This document shows positions 1 to 11,233 of a stretch of DNA of 64,000 nt, piece by piece. Within the stretch, counting starts at the first letter, position 1, and the number at the start of each line of letters is the position of its first letter. Made by a program: the position numbers and the translations under genes. Below the pieces are notes generated by a model that ran no database searches, was not told the DNA's origin, and worked only from the letters and a program-made list of their open reading frames with translations. This DNA is from Candidatus Bathyarchaeota archaeon (GTDB taxonomy: Archaea; Thermoproteota; Bathyarchaeia; 40CM-2-53-6): contig CAWHWX010000004.1 in NCBI GenBank assembly GCA_963833125.1, positions 128,001 through 192,000 of the forward strand. The letters are read 5' to 3'.

Positions 1-617
1 CCCGCCTCCACCATCTCCAGCGCCTGTTCCATTGTTCTTATGCCGCCCGCGGCCTTCACACCCAGCCTTAAGCCAACAATCTCCCTCATCATACGAACGT
101 CGTTAACAGTCGCTCCGGCCGAGCCGAATCCCGTGGAGGTCTTCACGAAATCAGCACCCCCCTCAACCGCCAATATACACCCCTTCTTCTTTTCAGCCTC
201 ATTCAGGTAGCAGGTTTCAAGAATAACTTTCACAACCACTTTCTTCGCTTGAGCCTGTGCCAACTCTACGACGCTCTTTATCTCATCCAAAACATAGTTT
301 TCGCGGTGTGAGCGGAGGGCGCTGAAGTTCATCACCATGTCGATTTCTTCAGCCCCTTGCGTTAGAACGCTTCTTGCTTCTTCGAATTTCACTTCCTTCG
401 ATGAAAGCCCGAAGGGAAATGAAACAACGCTACATGTCCTCACACGTGAACCTTTGAGGGCAGCTGCTACTATTGGCACGTGTGTGGGGTTGACGACAAC
501 AGCAGCCAATCCGAGGTCGACGGCCAATTTGCAACCATTCTTAACGTCCTCTTCCGTTGATTCAGGACGTAGCACTGAGTGATCTATCATGCCTGCCAGT
601 TTCGTTCGAGATATCAA
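1..617 (-). CDS. deoC: Deoxyribose-phosphate aldolase (3' end runs off the window)
   Basis: Hand translation from TTG at 617: MISRTKLAGMIDHSVLRP...SVVSFPFG...GAEEIDMV...VKVILETCYL...GADFVKTSTGF...GVKAAGGIR, all DERA motifs; absent from the ORF track because it is truncated. Confidence 0.95.
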   Translation of the reverse strand, partial: MISRTKLAGMIDHSVLRPESTEEDVKNGCKLAVDLGLAAVVVNPTHVPIVAAALKGSRVRTCSVVSFPFGLSSKEVKFEEARSVLTQGAEEIDMVMNFSALRSHRENYVLDEIKSVVELAQAQAKKVVVKVILETCYLNEAEKKKGCILAVEGGADFVKTSTGFGSAGATVNDVRMMREIVGLRLGVKAAGGIRTMEQALEMVEA

Positions 618-2033
618 GTTCCTTGCGATTCCCTTGCACTCTTAATTGCATGAAGTGCTAGTTTAGTTGCTCTCCCCAGGAGTTCGCGCGCCCGTTCGAT
701 AGTTCCTCGCTTCAGCATTGCATCTGAGTAAGGGCTCAGTGCCAGAAGCTCTAACCAAGAACCATGATGAGTCGGGGTACTCCACCTTTAATCCATCAAT
801 CGTTGACGTTCGTGACATACCCTTACTCTTCCAAGAGAGGTTAACAAATTCCATCGCTTTGTCTTTCAACTGATCTGGGCATTGCATTTGCGTCTTCATC
901 TGGTGAAGCCTCGGGAGGCCGTTGCGAAGTTGCCCCAATGTCAATCCATAAGTTTTCATGATCTGAAGGAGTTTGCCCGAGCTTACCGCTGCGTCGCCGT
1001 ACAGTAATAGGTTGGGCCAAATATGTTTCCCAGACTCCTCGGTCGCGAAAATCGCATTCTCAGTGGATCGTAATGCTTCAGCAATTGCCGGAGGTCCAAC
1101 TTTAGTGACCTTAAGGCTCCCTCCATATTTCTGACATAGGGATTTCAAAATGCTCGATGTATTCACAGTGCTGACGACTATTCCGGCACGACTTTTCTGT
1201 AACTCTTCCTTCGCGAGAAGGGCGCCGGTTAGATCACCCCATAAGACGTTGCCCCGTTCCGTCACGAAGAGAGCACGATCGCCATCGCTATCAGTTCCGA
1301 CTCCCAAGTCCGCCTTGGTTTCCTTTACCATACTCGAGAGTTGGGTGAGAGTGGAAGGTTGAGGGTTTGGTGAGCGTGCGGGAAATCGACCGTCGGGGCG
1401 CCCGTTAATCGTTACAACCTTGCACCCGATTCCCTCTAATACACGGCCAAGAGTCGCGCAAGTTGCACCGTTACCCGGATCCACGACAACCTTGTAACCG
1501 CCAACATTTCCTATCTGTTTCTCGACCCATCGCACATAACTATCAAGAATCTCCAGCGATGTAACAGAGCCCTTTGTGCCACCTATCCTAGAACTTGTGG
1601 TTTCTGACCAGTATAATCTTTCGAATGTTCCTTCCTCATTAGGACCCATCTCACCCGTATCCGAGAGGAAGAACAAGACCCCACCAATCTCTGCTGGCGT
1701 ATGGCTGCCAGTTACCATTACGCCGGCTGAAGCTTTCGACTCCTTCAACGCACATAGTAAGGCGGGGGTGGGGACGAGCCCACAATCAACGACATTTACG
1801 CCCCCTCCCACTAGGCCAAGCATTAAGTCACTTTGGATCCTCTTAGAATGAAGCCTCACATCCCGGCCAACAAACACGGTCCCCTGATTTTCGAGAAATG
1901 CTGCAAATGTCCGCCCGAGTCTATTTACAAACTGAGGAGTCAGAACCGTGTCCGCTGATCCTCTGATGCCTGAAGTGCCGAAAAGTCTCCGAGAAGGGTT
2001 GTGCAGGGAGGTCCAGCTCTTTGTCGGCTGCAA
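614..2033 (-). CDS. Phosphohexomutase-superfamily enzyme (PGM/PMM; possibly phosphopentomutase); indel near 710
   Basis: LFGTSGIRG, TGSHTP phosphoserine loop, DSDGDR metal loop, RASGTEP; an alternative frame after ~710 ends at TGA 614-616, overlapping the deoC TTG start. Confidence 0.88.
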
Positions 2034-2133
2034 GTCCTCATCCCATTGATTGATCTATCGCAGAGAAGAGTGCATCATTACTAGTGATTGGACGCCCTTG
2101 ACTTTGCATTTTCTCAAATCTGATCGTATCATT

Positions 2134-3111
2134 CTACACGTAATCGCTTCTCTTTACAGTGCCTACGACAGGTTCATGATTTAGGAATCTTCTCACGTTC
2201 TCAGCAGCATACACCGCAGCCTTCTCAACCGAGTGTGGAACTAGGCCGGAGTTATGTGGGGACCCTAAGAAGTTGGGTAGTTCCACGAATGGGTAATTAG
2301 TACGAAACTTTCCATCGCGTAAAGGTTCGTTCCACCAGGCATCTACCGCTGCTGTGAAATTCGTATTCGCCTTCAACTTTTCGTACAGTGCGGCTTCGCT
2401 AATTATGTCTCCGCGAGCTACGTTCACGAGAATAGCATTATCCTTCATCCAATTCAGCTCCCGCCTACCTATGAGGCCCCGGGTTGAATTCGTTAACGGA
2501 AGCGCAACAACGACTACGTCAGCGAGCCGCAATACGTATTCGAGACTATCGAGAGTTCCAGCAAATTCAACCGATTCAACTGTTTTCCCACTAGTATTGA
2601 CCGCGTAGATTTTCACGCCAAAGCAGCGTAAGAGGTGAGCAGTGGCTTTCCCGACCCCTCCGAATCCCAAGATCGCACACGCGGACCCTTTCAACAAACG
2701 ATTCGCGTTGGTCTGGTCAAATATGCCATTCTTGAGCTTGTCGTGCCGATCCAGGAGGTTCTTGGTCACTGCCAAGGTCATTGCCAGTATGTGTTCTGCC
2801 ATCGATTCGGCGTAGGCTCCAGCATTACCAGCAATCGTGAGGGTGGAGGGTAGCTGAGAGAATGGAAGGTGATCTACTCCAGCGGACAGTAGTTGCATCA
2901 TCCCAACACTCGAGATCATTTCAAACTCTTCAGGATGCAGTTCGCGTGCAGGATGCCATGAAATCAACACGGTCGCTGCTGCTAATTCTCGCGAACGTTC
3001 TTCCGGTGAAACATCTGAAAGAAAAATTACTCTGCTCATTTGGCCTAGAACTTGGAGTAGAGCGTCCCTCAGCCCGTCGTCAGCAGAGAAAGTAACCACA
3101 ACCGTCGTCAT
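2134..3111 (-). CDS. D-isomer-specific 2-hydroxyacid dehydrogenase
   Basis: GFGGVG Rossmann motif, LPLTNSTRGLI, VNVARG, AAVDAW, SPHN. Confidence 0.92.
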   Translation of the reverse strand: MTTVVVTFSADDGLRDALLQVLGQMSRVIFLSDVSPEERSRELAAATVLISWHPARELHPEEFEMISSVGMMQLLSAGVDHLPFSQLPSTLTIAGNAGAYAESMAEHILAMTLAVTKNLLDRHDKLKNGIFDQTNANRLLKGSACAILGFGGVGKATAHLLRCFGVKIYAVNTSGKTVESVEFAGTLDSLEYVLRLADVVVVALPLTNSTRGLIGRRELNWMKDNAILVNVARGDIISEAALYEKLKANTNFTAAVDAWWNEPLRDGKFRTNYPFVELPNFLGSPHNSGLVPHSVEKAAVYAAENVRRFLNHEPVVGTVKRSDYV

Positions 3112-3288
3112 GGATTCACTCGAACCCTTCACTAATTCAGAAGTAGGGACACTATTTGAAGTCTGCAATCAACAGCAAGCAGCCGCAGTTTCAACCCGCA
3201 AATGCTCGCACAATCGCCAACCGGATCCAGATATCAGCTTTATTTGACTGGGAAATTGAATGCGACATAGAAGCTGTGGCTGCTGCCT

Positions 3289-4479
3289 ATGTTTGACATA
3301 TCTGAGGCGAAAGCCGTTGAGAGGGAGATAATCCAGGTCAGGAGGACGATTCACATGCACCCGGAGTTGTCCTATCATGAGGTTGAAACGGCTAAACTGG
3401 TCGCCGGGAAACTGAGTGCTTTGGGCATCTCTGTACAGACAAAGGTTGGTGGTACGGGTGTTGTTGGACTGCTGAAGGGAGCTAAGGAAGGGAAAGTAGT
3501 TGCGCTGAGAGCCGACATGGACGCACTGCCGGTTAGTGAGAATGTGGACCTGCCATTCAAGTCGAAACGGGATGGAGTCATGCATGCCTGCGGTCATGAC
3601 ACACACGTCGCTATGTTGCTTGGAGCTGCAATGCTACTTTCAAAACATCGAAATGACCTGCATGGGCAGGTGAAGTTTCTCTTTCAACCTGCGGAGGAAG
3701 TGGGAGGGAGAGGAGGCGCTAAGCCGATGATAGATGATGGAGCGATGAATCGCCCAAAGGTCGATTATGTCTTTGGTTTACACATTAGCGGGACAGAGCC
3801 TTCGAATGTATTCGCCTTGCGGCCCGGTCCAATAATGGCTGCTCCCAACACTTTCAAAATTAGAATAATAGGTAAGGGAGGACACGGATCCTCACCCCAC
3901 AACGCCGTCGACCCAATATTCGTATCGGCACAAGTAATCACAGCCCTTCAGGGAATCACGAGCAGAATGATCGATCAGCGTGAGCCATTTGTTATCTCAG
4001 TCTGCAGCATCCATGCTGGGACCAAGGATAACATCATCCCGGACGAAGCTCTTCTCGAAGGAACGATTCGCACGTTCGATGAGAAAACTAGGGCTCGAGC
4101 GAAAAAGTACGTCACCTCTGTTGCTAAATCGGTTAGCCGGGCCTTCAAAGCTAAGGCTGTGGTTGACTTTAAGGAAAATGAATATCCCGTCACGGTCAAT
4201 GATCCTTTAGTGACGAACAAGGTCGTCCATCTACTGAAAACGATCCATGGAACTAGGACATTAGTCTGTAAGCCCGTCATGGGTGCAGAAGATTTCTCAA
4301 GGTTCCTCCAGAAAGCCCCAGGAACTTTTTACTTTCTGGGCACAATCAACGCGAAGAAAGGCTGCACGAACACAAACCATAGCTCAAAATTCAAAGTAGA
4401 TGAGGATGTTCTGAAATACGGTTCCCTTTCACTGGCTAAACTTGCCTATGAGTTTGGCAAGCCAAGTGCTCATGGGTAA
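3289..4479 (+). CDS. M20D amidohydrolase / carboxypeptidase
   Basis: HMHPELSY, LRADMDALP, MHACGHD, FQPAEE, GKGGHG, MGAEDF. Confidence 0.95.
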   Translation: MFDISEAKAVEREIIQVRRTIHMHPELSYHEVETAKLVAGKLSALGISVQTKVGGTGVVGLLKGAKEGKVVALRADMDALPVSENVDLPFKSKRDGVMHACGHDTHVAMLLGAAMLLSKHRNDLHGQVKFLFQPAEEVGGRGGAKPMIDDGAMNRPKVDYVFGLHISGTEPSNVFALRPGPIMAAPNTFKIRIIGKGGHGSSPHNAVDPIFVSAQVITALQGITSRMIDQREPFVISVCSIHAGTKDNIIPDEALLEGTIRTFDEKTRARAKKYVTSVAKSVSRAFKAKAVVDFKENEYPVTVNDPLVTNKVVHLLKTIHGTRTLVCKPVMGAEDFSRFLQKAPGTFYFLGTINAKKGCTNTNHSSKFKVDEDVLKYGSLSLAKLAYEFGKPSAHG

Positions 4480-4560
4480 GACCAAGATGCGTTACTTCCC
4501 TTGGACTCTAGCATGCAAGCTTCATTAGTGATTCGTATACACAACTTGACGTGATTAGCC

Positions 4561-5544
4561 TTGGAATATCGTGAATTGGGACGCACAGGCATGCGCGTTT
4601 CGGTTGTAAGTTTTGGAGCTTGGCCGATCGGTAGCGACTGGGGCCATGTTGATGATAAGGAGTCGTACGCAGTTCTGAATCGCGCGATCGATCTGGGCAT
4701 TAATTTTATCGACACGGCGGACGTTTATGGTGACGGCCGCAGCGAGAAACTGATTGGGCGACTTTTGAAAGAGCGCAAGGAAGAAATTTTTGTGGCCACG
4801 AAGGCCGGGCAACGGCTTGACCCACATGTTTCGGAGGGTTACAATCTGAAGAACATCGAGGGCTTCGTCGACCGTAGCCTCGAGAACCTGGGCGTAGATT
4901 CAATTGACCTGCTGCAACTGCACTGCCCGCCTACTCCGGTCTATTCTCGGCCTGAGGTTTTCGAAGCTCTTGACCATTTGAAATCTAAGGGCAAGATCCG
5001 AAATTATGGTGTGAGTGTTGAGAAGGTAAGTGAGGGATTGAGATCTATCGAATACCCGGGCGTCCAAAGTGTCCAAATCATATTCAATATGTTCCGCCCG
5101 CGACCAGCGGAAGAGTTCTTTCCGAAGGCTAAGGAACGCAAAGTTGGGATATTGGCACGTGTCCCGCTCGCAAGCGGCCTACTTACCGGCAAAATAACTG
5201 CCGAAACTAAGTTTCCCCGCGATGATCACAGAAACTACAACCTCCATGGGGAATCTTTCGATAGAGGCGAAACCTTCTCTGGAGTTGACCTCGACAAGGG
5301 CTTAGAGGCGGTGAAAGAGTTGAAACAGTTAGTTCCTGGTGGGATGAATCTCACACAAATGGCTCTCAGATGGATTTTGATGTTCGATGCAGTGACTTGT
5401 GCAATCCCAGGAGCTAAACACGTTGAACAGATAGAAGACAATGCCCGCGCCGGCTCGCTGGCACCCTTAGACAGTAAAACCATGACCGACGTTCAGTCAG
5501 TTTACGAAAGATGGGTTAAACAGCAAATTCACCCAATTTACTAA
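4561..5544 (+). CDS. Aldo/keto reductase
   Basis: INFIDTADVYGDGRSE, SIDLLQLH, GKIRNYGVS, AIPGAK. Confidence 0.95.
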   Translation: MEYRELGRTGMRVSVVSFGAWPIGSDWGHVDDKESYAVLNRAIDLGINFIDTADVYGDGRSEKLIGRLLKERKEEIFVATKAGQRLDPHVSEGYNLKNIEGFVDRSLENLGVDSIDLLQLHCPPTPVYSRPEVFEALDHLKSKGKIRNYGVSVEKVSEGLRSIEYPGVQSVQIIFNMFRPRPAEEFFPKAKERKVGILARVPLASGLLTGKITAETKFPRDDHRNYNLHGESFDRGETFSGVDLDKGLEAVKELKQLVPGGMNLTQMALRWILMFDAVTCAIPGAKHVEQIEDNARAGSLAPLDSKTMTDVQSVYERWVKQQIHPIY

Positions 5545-6117
5545 CTAGATCCATGCGGGTGACGACCCATACATGGGGTCCTGTTCGCATCTATCCTTGA
5601 TGCAGCTTGTCTGATGGATTGATGTGATTTTGTGTGGCAAACAATCTCTGAAATGAGACTGAAACGTGTTTGTCAAATTTGGCTTGTATTTGCCAATCCC
5701 TGAGCATCCCCATGCAAACAATCCTATCTGCAATGCGAGATACTTTCGCTGAGTTTTGATTTGATTGTTTGCAAGCACTCTTGTTTACGACCGCGGCGAA
5801 GTTCAGGTAGATGCTTATGGCTACGGCGAGCAGATTTGGAAGATATCGGAGACACCTTCCACTTCTGATAGCAGTTGTTTTCTTCGCGACTGGGGATTAT
5901 ATGTCGTTAATTCGGCTACTTCGATTCGTCTTCTAACCACTTCTAATTTTCCCTAAACACGTCCTAAAACTAACACGATTACTATTTCATCCGAACCGGA
6001 TTCGTCGGTCGGCGTTTTGACTTGAACAGTTTATTCGTTTTTAGTCAACGTTAGGTGAAGTCCGTACGTAATCCTAAATACTCGCGGCAACAGGGCGCGG
6101 AGTGGAGAAGTTTTCCT

Positions 6118-7743
6118 ATGCCTTCTTCTAAGAAAGTCAAGAAGAACCCGACTAAGGCTTCATCGAAAGCCGGCAAGGTAGTTCGTATCACATACGCCAC
6201 ATTGAGAATCACGCCTGAAGATGACAGGGCATACGATCATGCCGTTGAACAGGTGCGTGCACAGCTCGGCGGCCATTTCGCCATGTACGTGAATGGCGAA
6301 AAATGGGTTGGAACGGGGGAGGAGATGTCACACCCAAGCCCAATCAACACTGGGATCATGGTGAGCCATTTCCCGAAGGGAACACGAGACGACGCGATAG
6401 CGGCAGTAGATGCAGCACAAGAAGCTTACACGAAGTGGAGCGAGACACCATACAAGGAACGTGTGAAACTTCTACGCAAAGCCGCCGACATCATCGTCGA
6501 GAGACGTTACGAATTATCGGCTTGGATGGCCTTTGAGGTAGGCAAGAACCGAGCAGAGTCATTGGCGGAGGTGAACGAGGCCGCTGAACTCATACGGTAT
6601 TATTGCGACCAGATGGACGTGAATAGAGGTTTCTTGAAGCAACTCGAATCCCCCGGCCCTGGACAGGAGACTGTTAGCGTTCTCAGGCCGTACGGTGTTT
6701 GGGCTGTGATCGCACCCTGGAACTTCCCACTAGCGCTATCCACTGGCATGACTGCTGGGGCAATGACTGCGGGGAATACCGTGGTCTTCAAACCCTCAAG
6801 CGAATCCCCTGTACTCGGCTACGAGTTGACCCGAGCCTACGCCAAAGCCGGAATCCCGCACGGCGTCTTCAACATGGTCACCGGCCCGGGAGGATCGGTG
6901 GGGACTGAGTTACAAGAGAACGAGGACGTGGACGGGATGATCTTCACCGGCTCCAAGGCTGTTGGAACCGGCCTATACCATCACTTCGCGAAAGACTATC
7001 CCAAACCCGTCATAACTGAAATGGGCGGAAAGAACCCTGCAATAGTGACCAGCAAAGCCGACATCGACCAAGCCGCGGAAGGCATAGTCCGAGCCGCGTT
7101 TGGTTTTGGAGGCCAAAAATGCAGCGCATGCTCACGCGTATATGTGGAGAAATCGGTCAAAGACAGGTTCACAGCGGCATTGAAGAATTACACGGAAAAA
7201 CTTGTGAAATTAGGCGACCCGATTAAGAAAGAGACATTCCTCGGCCCACTCATCAACAAAGGCGCAGTGGAAACCTACGTGCAGGCGGCATCCGAGTCGA
7301 GAAACGGCGGAGGAACGTTTCCGTACGGAGGAAACCAGGCAAAAGGTGACGGATTCGAGAATGGATACTTTGTAGAGCCAGCAATAGTCGACAACCTCCC
7401 TCTAGCTCACCGGCTCTTCAAGGATGAGTTGTTCGTTCCATTCCTTGTTGTCGGGACGGTGGGATCTCTCAACGAGGCGTTGGAGTTGTCTAATGATTCG
7501 GAATATGGGCTATGTGCGGGCATTTACAGCAAAGACAAAAAAGAGTTAGCGACATTCTTCGACTGCGTAGAAGCAGGAGTCACGTATGCGAATAGGCGGG
7601 CAGGAGCGACGACCGGAGCCTGGCCTGGGATTAACTCCTTCGGGGGCTGGAAGGGAAGTGGGTCAACAGGCAAAAGCGGGCTAGGCCCGTACTACGTGCC
7701 ACAATTCATGCGCGAACAATCACGTTGGACCGTAAACAAGTAG
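6118..7743 (+). CDS. Aldehyde dehydrogenase (P5C-dehydrogenase-like)
   Basis: APWNFP, FKPSS, FTGS, EMGGKNP, GQKCSACSR, ELFVP. Confidence 0.9.
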   Translation: MPSSKKVKKNPTKASSKAGKVVRITYATLRITPEDDRAYDHAVEQVRAQLGGHFAMYVNGEKWVGTGEEMSHPSPINTGIMVSHFPKGTRDDAIAAVDAAQEAYTKWSETPYKERVKLLRKAADIIVERRYELSAWMAFEVGKNRAESLAEVNEAAELIRYYCDQMDVNRGFLKQLESPGPGQETVSVLRPYGVWAVIAPWNFPLALSTGMTAGAMTAGNTVVFKPSSESPVLGYELTRAYAKAGIPHGVFNMVTGPGGSVGTELQENEDVDGMIFTGSKAVGTGLYHHFAKDYPKPVITEMGGKNPAIVTSKADIDQAAEGIVRAAFGFGGQKCSACSRVYVEKSVKDRFTAALKNYTEKLVKLGDPIKKETFLGPLINKGAVETYVQAASESRNGGGTFPYGGNQAKGDGFENGYFVEPAIVDNLPLAHRLFKDELFVPFLVVGTVGSLNEALELSNDSEYGLCAGIYSKDKKELATFFDCVEAGVTYANRRAGATTGAWPGINSFGGWKGSGSTGKSGLGPYYVPQFMREQSRWTVNK

Positions 7744-7751
7744 GGATCGAT

Positions 7752-8190
7752 ATGGGGCAGGAAACGGAACAGAAGAAACGAATATTTCTGGTCAACATGA
7801 CGAGTGTTCCGGTAGAGGTTTTGGACAAGAAGGGTGCAGATAGAACCCAAGTTCAATACTTGGTTGATGATCGGCATGGGTCCGACCGATTCGCGCTGCG
7901 CCTCTACACGGTTCAAGAAAGGCGGTCACACACCGCTCGACCAGCACCCGTACGAACATCATGTATACGTCATGAGCGGTGAAGGGTTGCTGAGACAATC
8001 AAAACAACCGAACGCACCCTTGCGATCGCTGAAGGCAGGGGACACGCTCTTCATACCTTCAAACGCCGTCCACCAATTCAGTAACGACAGGGACAAACCA
8101 TTCACGTTCCTATGCGTCAAAGGCAACCCCAAACTCTACGCAAGCCCAGAGCAATCCGCTCCCGAGGATACAGAGCGAAATTACTGCTAA
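7752..8190 (+). CDS. Cupin-domain protein (indel near 7918)
   Basis: Two overlapping ORFs join to ...FALRLYTV/KGGHTPLDQHPYEHHVYVMSGEG...GDTLFIPSNAVHQF, a cupin metal-binding motif. Confidence 0.85.
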
Positions 8191-8290
8191 CTCAATAAAT
8201 CGACGCCCGTATAGCCTGTCAGATCGGATTCCGCCAACAAATCTCATGAAACTATGCCACAAACAAAAATTCATCGAGTATGGATAGGAA

Positions 8291-9430
8291 CTAGTTTGCT
8301 CTCGTGAGCATGTGATAAAGGACCTGGGTGAATTCCTCGAGACGTTTGATGTTGATGTATTCGTCGGCTATGTGCGCTACCTCCCCAGGCCCCATGATTA
8401 CCGTTTTGATACCAGCTTCGTTGAAGTAAGTTGAGTCGGTTCTGCCTGATTCAACCTTGAATTCTGGAGAATAACCGAGCACCTGCTGCGTAGAGTCCGT
8501 TGCGAGGGTGACGGCCGGGTGGTTTCGTGGTATGAGGTATGATTTTTGAGCATTCATGTATGAAACTCGGAATTCCACATCCTTCACCGTGTCCAGGGCG
8601 CCTTGCACCTGTTCCTTGACTGGGGCCCATTCCTCGTTTGGGAGTACGCGTCGTTCACAGGTTATCTCGCACTCACCTGGGACAATGTTGATCGCTATAC
8701 CGCCCTTGATCATGCTTACGTTGAGTTCAGTGTATGCTTCATGCCCGTCCAGTGTCATGCGTACGGGGGGAAGTTTTCGCAATGCTTCCACTACCTTGAC
8801 CATATCATAGATCGCGTTCCTTCCCTCACGAGGATCAGACGAGTGTGCCTCTTTCCCAAGGGTCGTGACCTTGAAACCTACCCTTCCACCGCATCCAAGT
8901 GAAACCATCAACCGACTCTTCTCGACGGTTCCCTCGACGTTGATTCCGAATTGAGATTCGAGATGGTGATGTTTTAGAAAGTAGGGTGTTCCAAGCCAAG
9001 TCTCACCTTCAAATACCGTGTTGTTATCCTCGTAGTTCGAAAACAAGACCTCAAGCTTCCGGAACCGACATGCCTTCAACCTGCCTAAGACATTCAGGAT
9101 TGAGGCCGCGGAGCCCTTATCGTCCGACGATCCAAGCCCATACAGCCTATCCCCTTCCACTGACGCATGTACCGGGTCCTTGGTCCATCGTGGTGTGGAT
9201 GGGACCGTGTCGAAATGGCAGTTGATGAGGAAAGCCCCCTCTCCGCCCTGGTAGATTTTTTCAGCGAAGACGTTGTTGAGTTTGTCAACTTCAACTCTAA
9301 ATCCCAACCTTTGTGTTTCAGTCGCTAAGAATTTCGCGCATTCCTGCATCCCGTTTTTTTCGTAGGTGGGGAATTCAATTAGCTTGCTCAGAATATCGAC
9401 TGAGTTTGAGTGGTTGGCTGTTGCTGACAT
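8291..9430 (-). CDS. M20A ArgE/DapE-like metallopeptidase/deacylase
   Basis: NCHFDTVP, LYGLGSSDDKG, GKEAHSS, NIVPGEC, GRTD, AHIADEYI. Confidence 0.9.
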   Translation of the reverse strand: MSATANHSNSVDILSKLIEFPTYEKNGMQECAKFLATETQRLGFRVEVDKLNNVFAEKIYQGGEGAFLINCHFDTVPSTPRWTKDPVHASVEGDRLYGLGSSDDKGSAASILNVLGRLKACRFRKLEVLFSNYEDNNTVFEGETWLGTPYFLKHHHLESQFGINVEGTVEKSRLMVSLGCGGRVGFKVTTLGKEAHSSDPREGRNAIYDMVKVVEALRKLPPVRMTLDGHEAYTELNVSMIKGGIAINIVPGECEITCERRVLPNEEWAPVKEQVQGALDTVKDVEFRVSYMNAQKSYLIPRNHPAVTLATDSTQQVLGYSPEFKVESGRTDSTYFNEAGIKTVIMGPGEVAHIADEYINIKRLEEFTQVLYHMLTRAN

Positions 9431-9546
9431 TTCCTAAACGTTCCGCAAATCGAAATCATTTGTCTTGGGGTATTTCCATTTCACAAAAAGGAGCATCTAA
9501 GTCCGAGTCGCTTCTGTTGGAGCAGGTCCACGCGAATTTCAAAGTC

Positions 9547-10283
9547 TTAAGAGTTTAAGTCGTCATCGCCGAGGGGGGAACGCTTCTGGTAATAGGTATC
9601 GCCGCTGGGGTCGGGCATCTTCTTCAACAGACCGACACCGGAGAGCTTGTCGCAGGCCGCTTGAACTTGATCTTGGTCGAGTTTGGAACCGAGTTGTTTT
9701 TCGACATCTTCCTTGATCTCGAAGATGCCTTTCCTCTGCATGTCGGCCAGAACGCGGTAAACCTTGCCGTCGGGCGTATCTGCTGCTGGTGGTTTCGGAA
9801 GTTGGATAAGTTTCTGATCACCCGTCTTCAACCGTTCTATTACACTTGCCCAATCATTTAGATTCTTTCGCCTACTCCGTCCGCTCAACCGCTCAATGAA
9901 CACTTTACCTTTCTCGCTCGCTCCTCCCTGCCATTTGACTTCGAGACTCGGCTTCGTCACATGCCCCGCGTGGCCTTTGACAGAGGAAATTGATGATATT
10001 TCAATGAACAAATTATCGTCACTGGCGGGGATAGATGACTAGGTCTCCCACATCCGAGTATACCATATGCATTTTCCCAATACCTGTAGGGAGATCATCT
10101 TCCTTCTCATTGGTACAAACGAATAACAAGCGGCGATTGGTCAACAAGAGCGTACCTTCCAATTCACCGCCCAATTGTCCTTCCAACTCCTTCGCCGTAC
10201 CTGCTTGGCGCATTACAACGCCTTGCTCTTGGGCCAAGCATGACTTCGTCAGTTTCATCTCGCAATTTTGGAACCCAAGCCAA
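9547..10283 (-). CDS. Hypothetical protein with PH/GRAM/GLUE-like N-domain and C-terminal winged helix (about two indels)
   Basis: ORFs 10019-10354 and 9547-10011 join; GTLLLTNRRLLF PH-like strands; C-terminal helix-helix-helix-wing pattern. Confidence 0.65.
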
Positions 10284-10468
10284 GAACCGATTCTTGGCAT
10301 TAAAGGGTAACCGTTTGCGCCCAACAAAAACCTGAAGCGATCATGGTTGGACAAACTAACAGGAGCGAAATTGAGGTTCTAGGGCAGGACCGAGGACCAC
10401 GCTATCTTAAGCGAAGAGCCGAAATTTTCGTATCGGCTTACGGTCGGTAGTGAACCTTGGAACTGGTC

Positions 10469-11164
10469 TTAAGCGGTCTGAATGTAGGGTGGTATCGACC
10501 ACATTGGGATTCCCACGCAGAGGGTTTTCTGGAATGGGTATGGCGGGAATGGTTGGGTTTGCGGCCAGTTAGGGTAAACAAACCCGTACACTTGGACAGC
10601 TTGGTTCTGGTAGTTGGAAATTGTTGTCTGATTCAGGTTCCATACTACGTAGGTTAATCCCGTCGCAACGTACAGATCCACACAGGATGAATCGCTAGTC
10701 AAATATCCTGTAACGGTGACTGGGGGACCTTCGTTGCAGACGGTTGGGTTGAACGGGTAGCCGCAATACTGTTGATTAAACCAAGTAGGCGGTGGCCCTG
10801 AGGCTAACGTTGTGAATGACGCTACCGTATACGTGTAGGCTTGAGTGGTTGTGGTGATTGAAGTGAAACCGGCGCTAACGGTTGTAAACTGCATCTGAGT
10901 TACGTAATTCGTTGCGTAATTCGTTTGGGTTTGGGTCACAGTCCCAGCTGGGCCGCGAATAGCTAGCCCGGCTACTAGAAATCCCATTATAGCGAGCGCG
11001 ATAATGACGATGTAGAAAACCTCCTTCGACAATGTCAACGGCTGCTTAGATCCGTTTGGCGGCCTTGATTCAACCCGGTTGCATCTCGAGGCTCCACACT
11101 CGTGGCAGAATATCGCTTGATCGCTTAGTTCAGTTCCACAGTTTCGGCAATTCTTCAATTGCAA
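10469..11164 (-). CDS. Membrane protein: zinc ribbon, one TM helix, Thr-rich linker, Cys-containing extracellular domain
   Basis: CRNCG...FCHECG; hydrophobic segment; T-rich linker; distal domain resembles the C-termini of 25460 and 39222. Confidence 0.8.
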   Translation of the reverse strand: MQLKNCRNCGTELSDQAIFCHECGASRCNRVESRPPNGSKQPLTLSKEVFYIVIIALAIMGFLVAGLAIRGPAGTVTQTQTNYATNYVTQMQFTTVSAGFTSITTTTQAYTYTVASFTTLASGPPPTWFNQQYCGYPFNPTVCNEGPPVTVTGYLTSDSSCVDLYVATGLTYVVWNLNQTTISNYQNQAVQVYGFVYPNWPQTQPFPPYPFQKTLCVGIPMWSIPPYIQTA

Positions 11165-11233
11165 TTCCCCGGTTCGGGTCCATTGTTACTTTTGAGGGAT
11201 GAGCTTGATGCGAAACTCCTCGACGTTGCCAGC

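Noticed and set aside
5545-6054. Short ORFs or ncRNA in the spacer between the AKR and ALDH genes
   Set aside because: No recognisable motif, RBS or convincing structure
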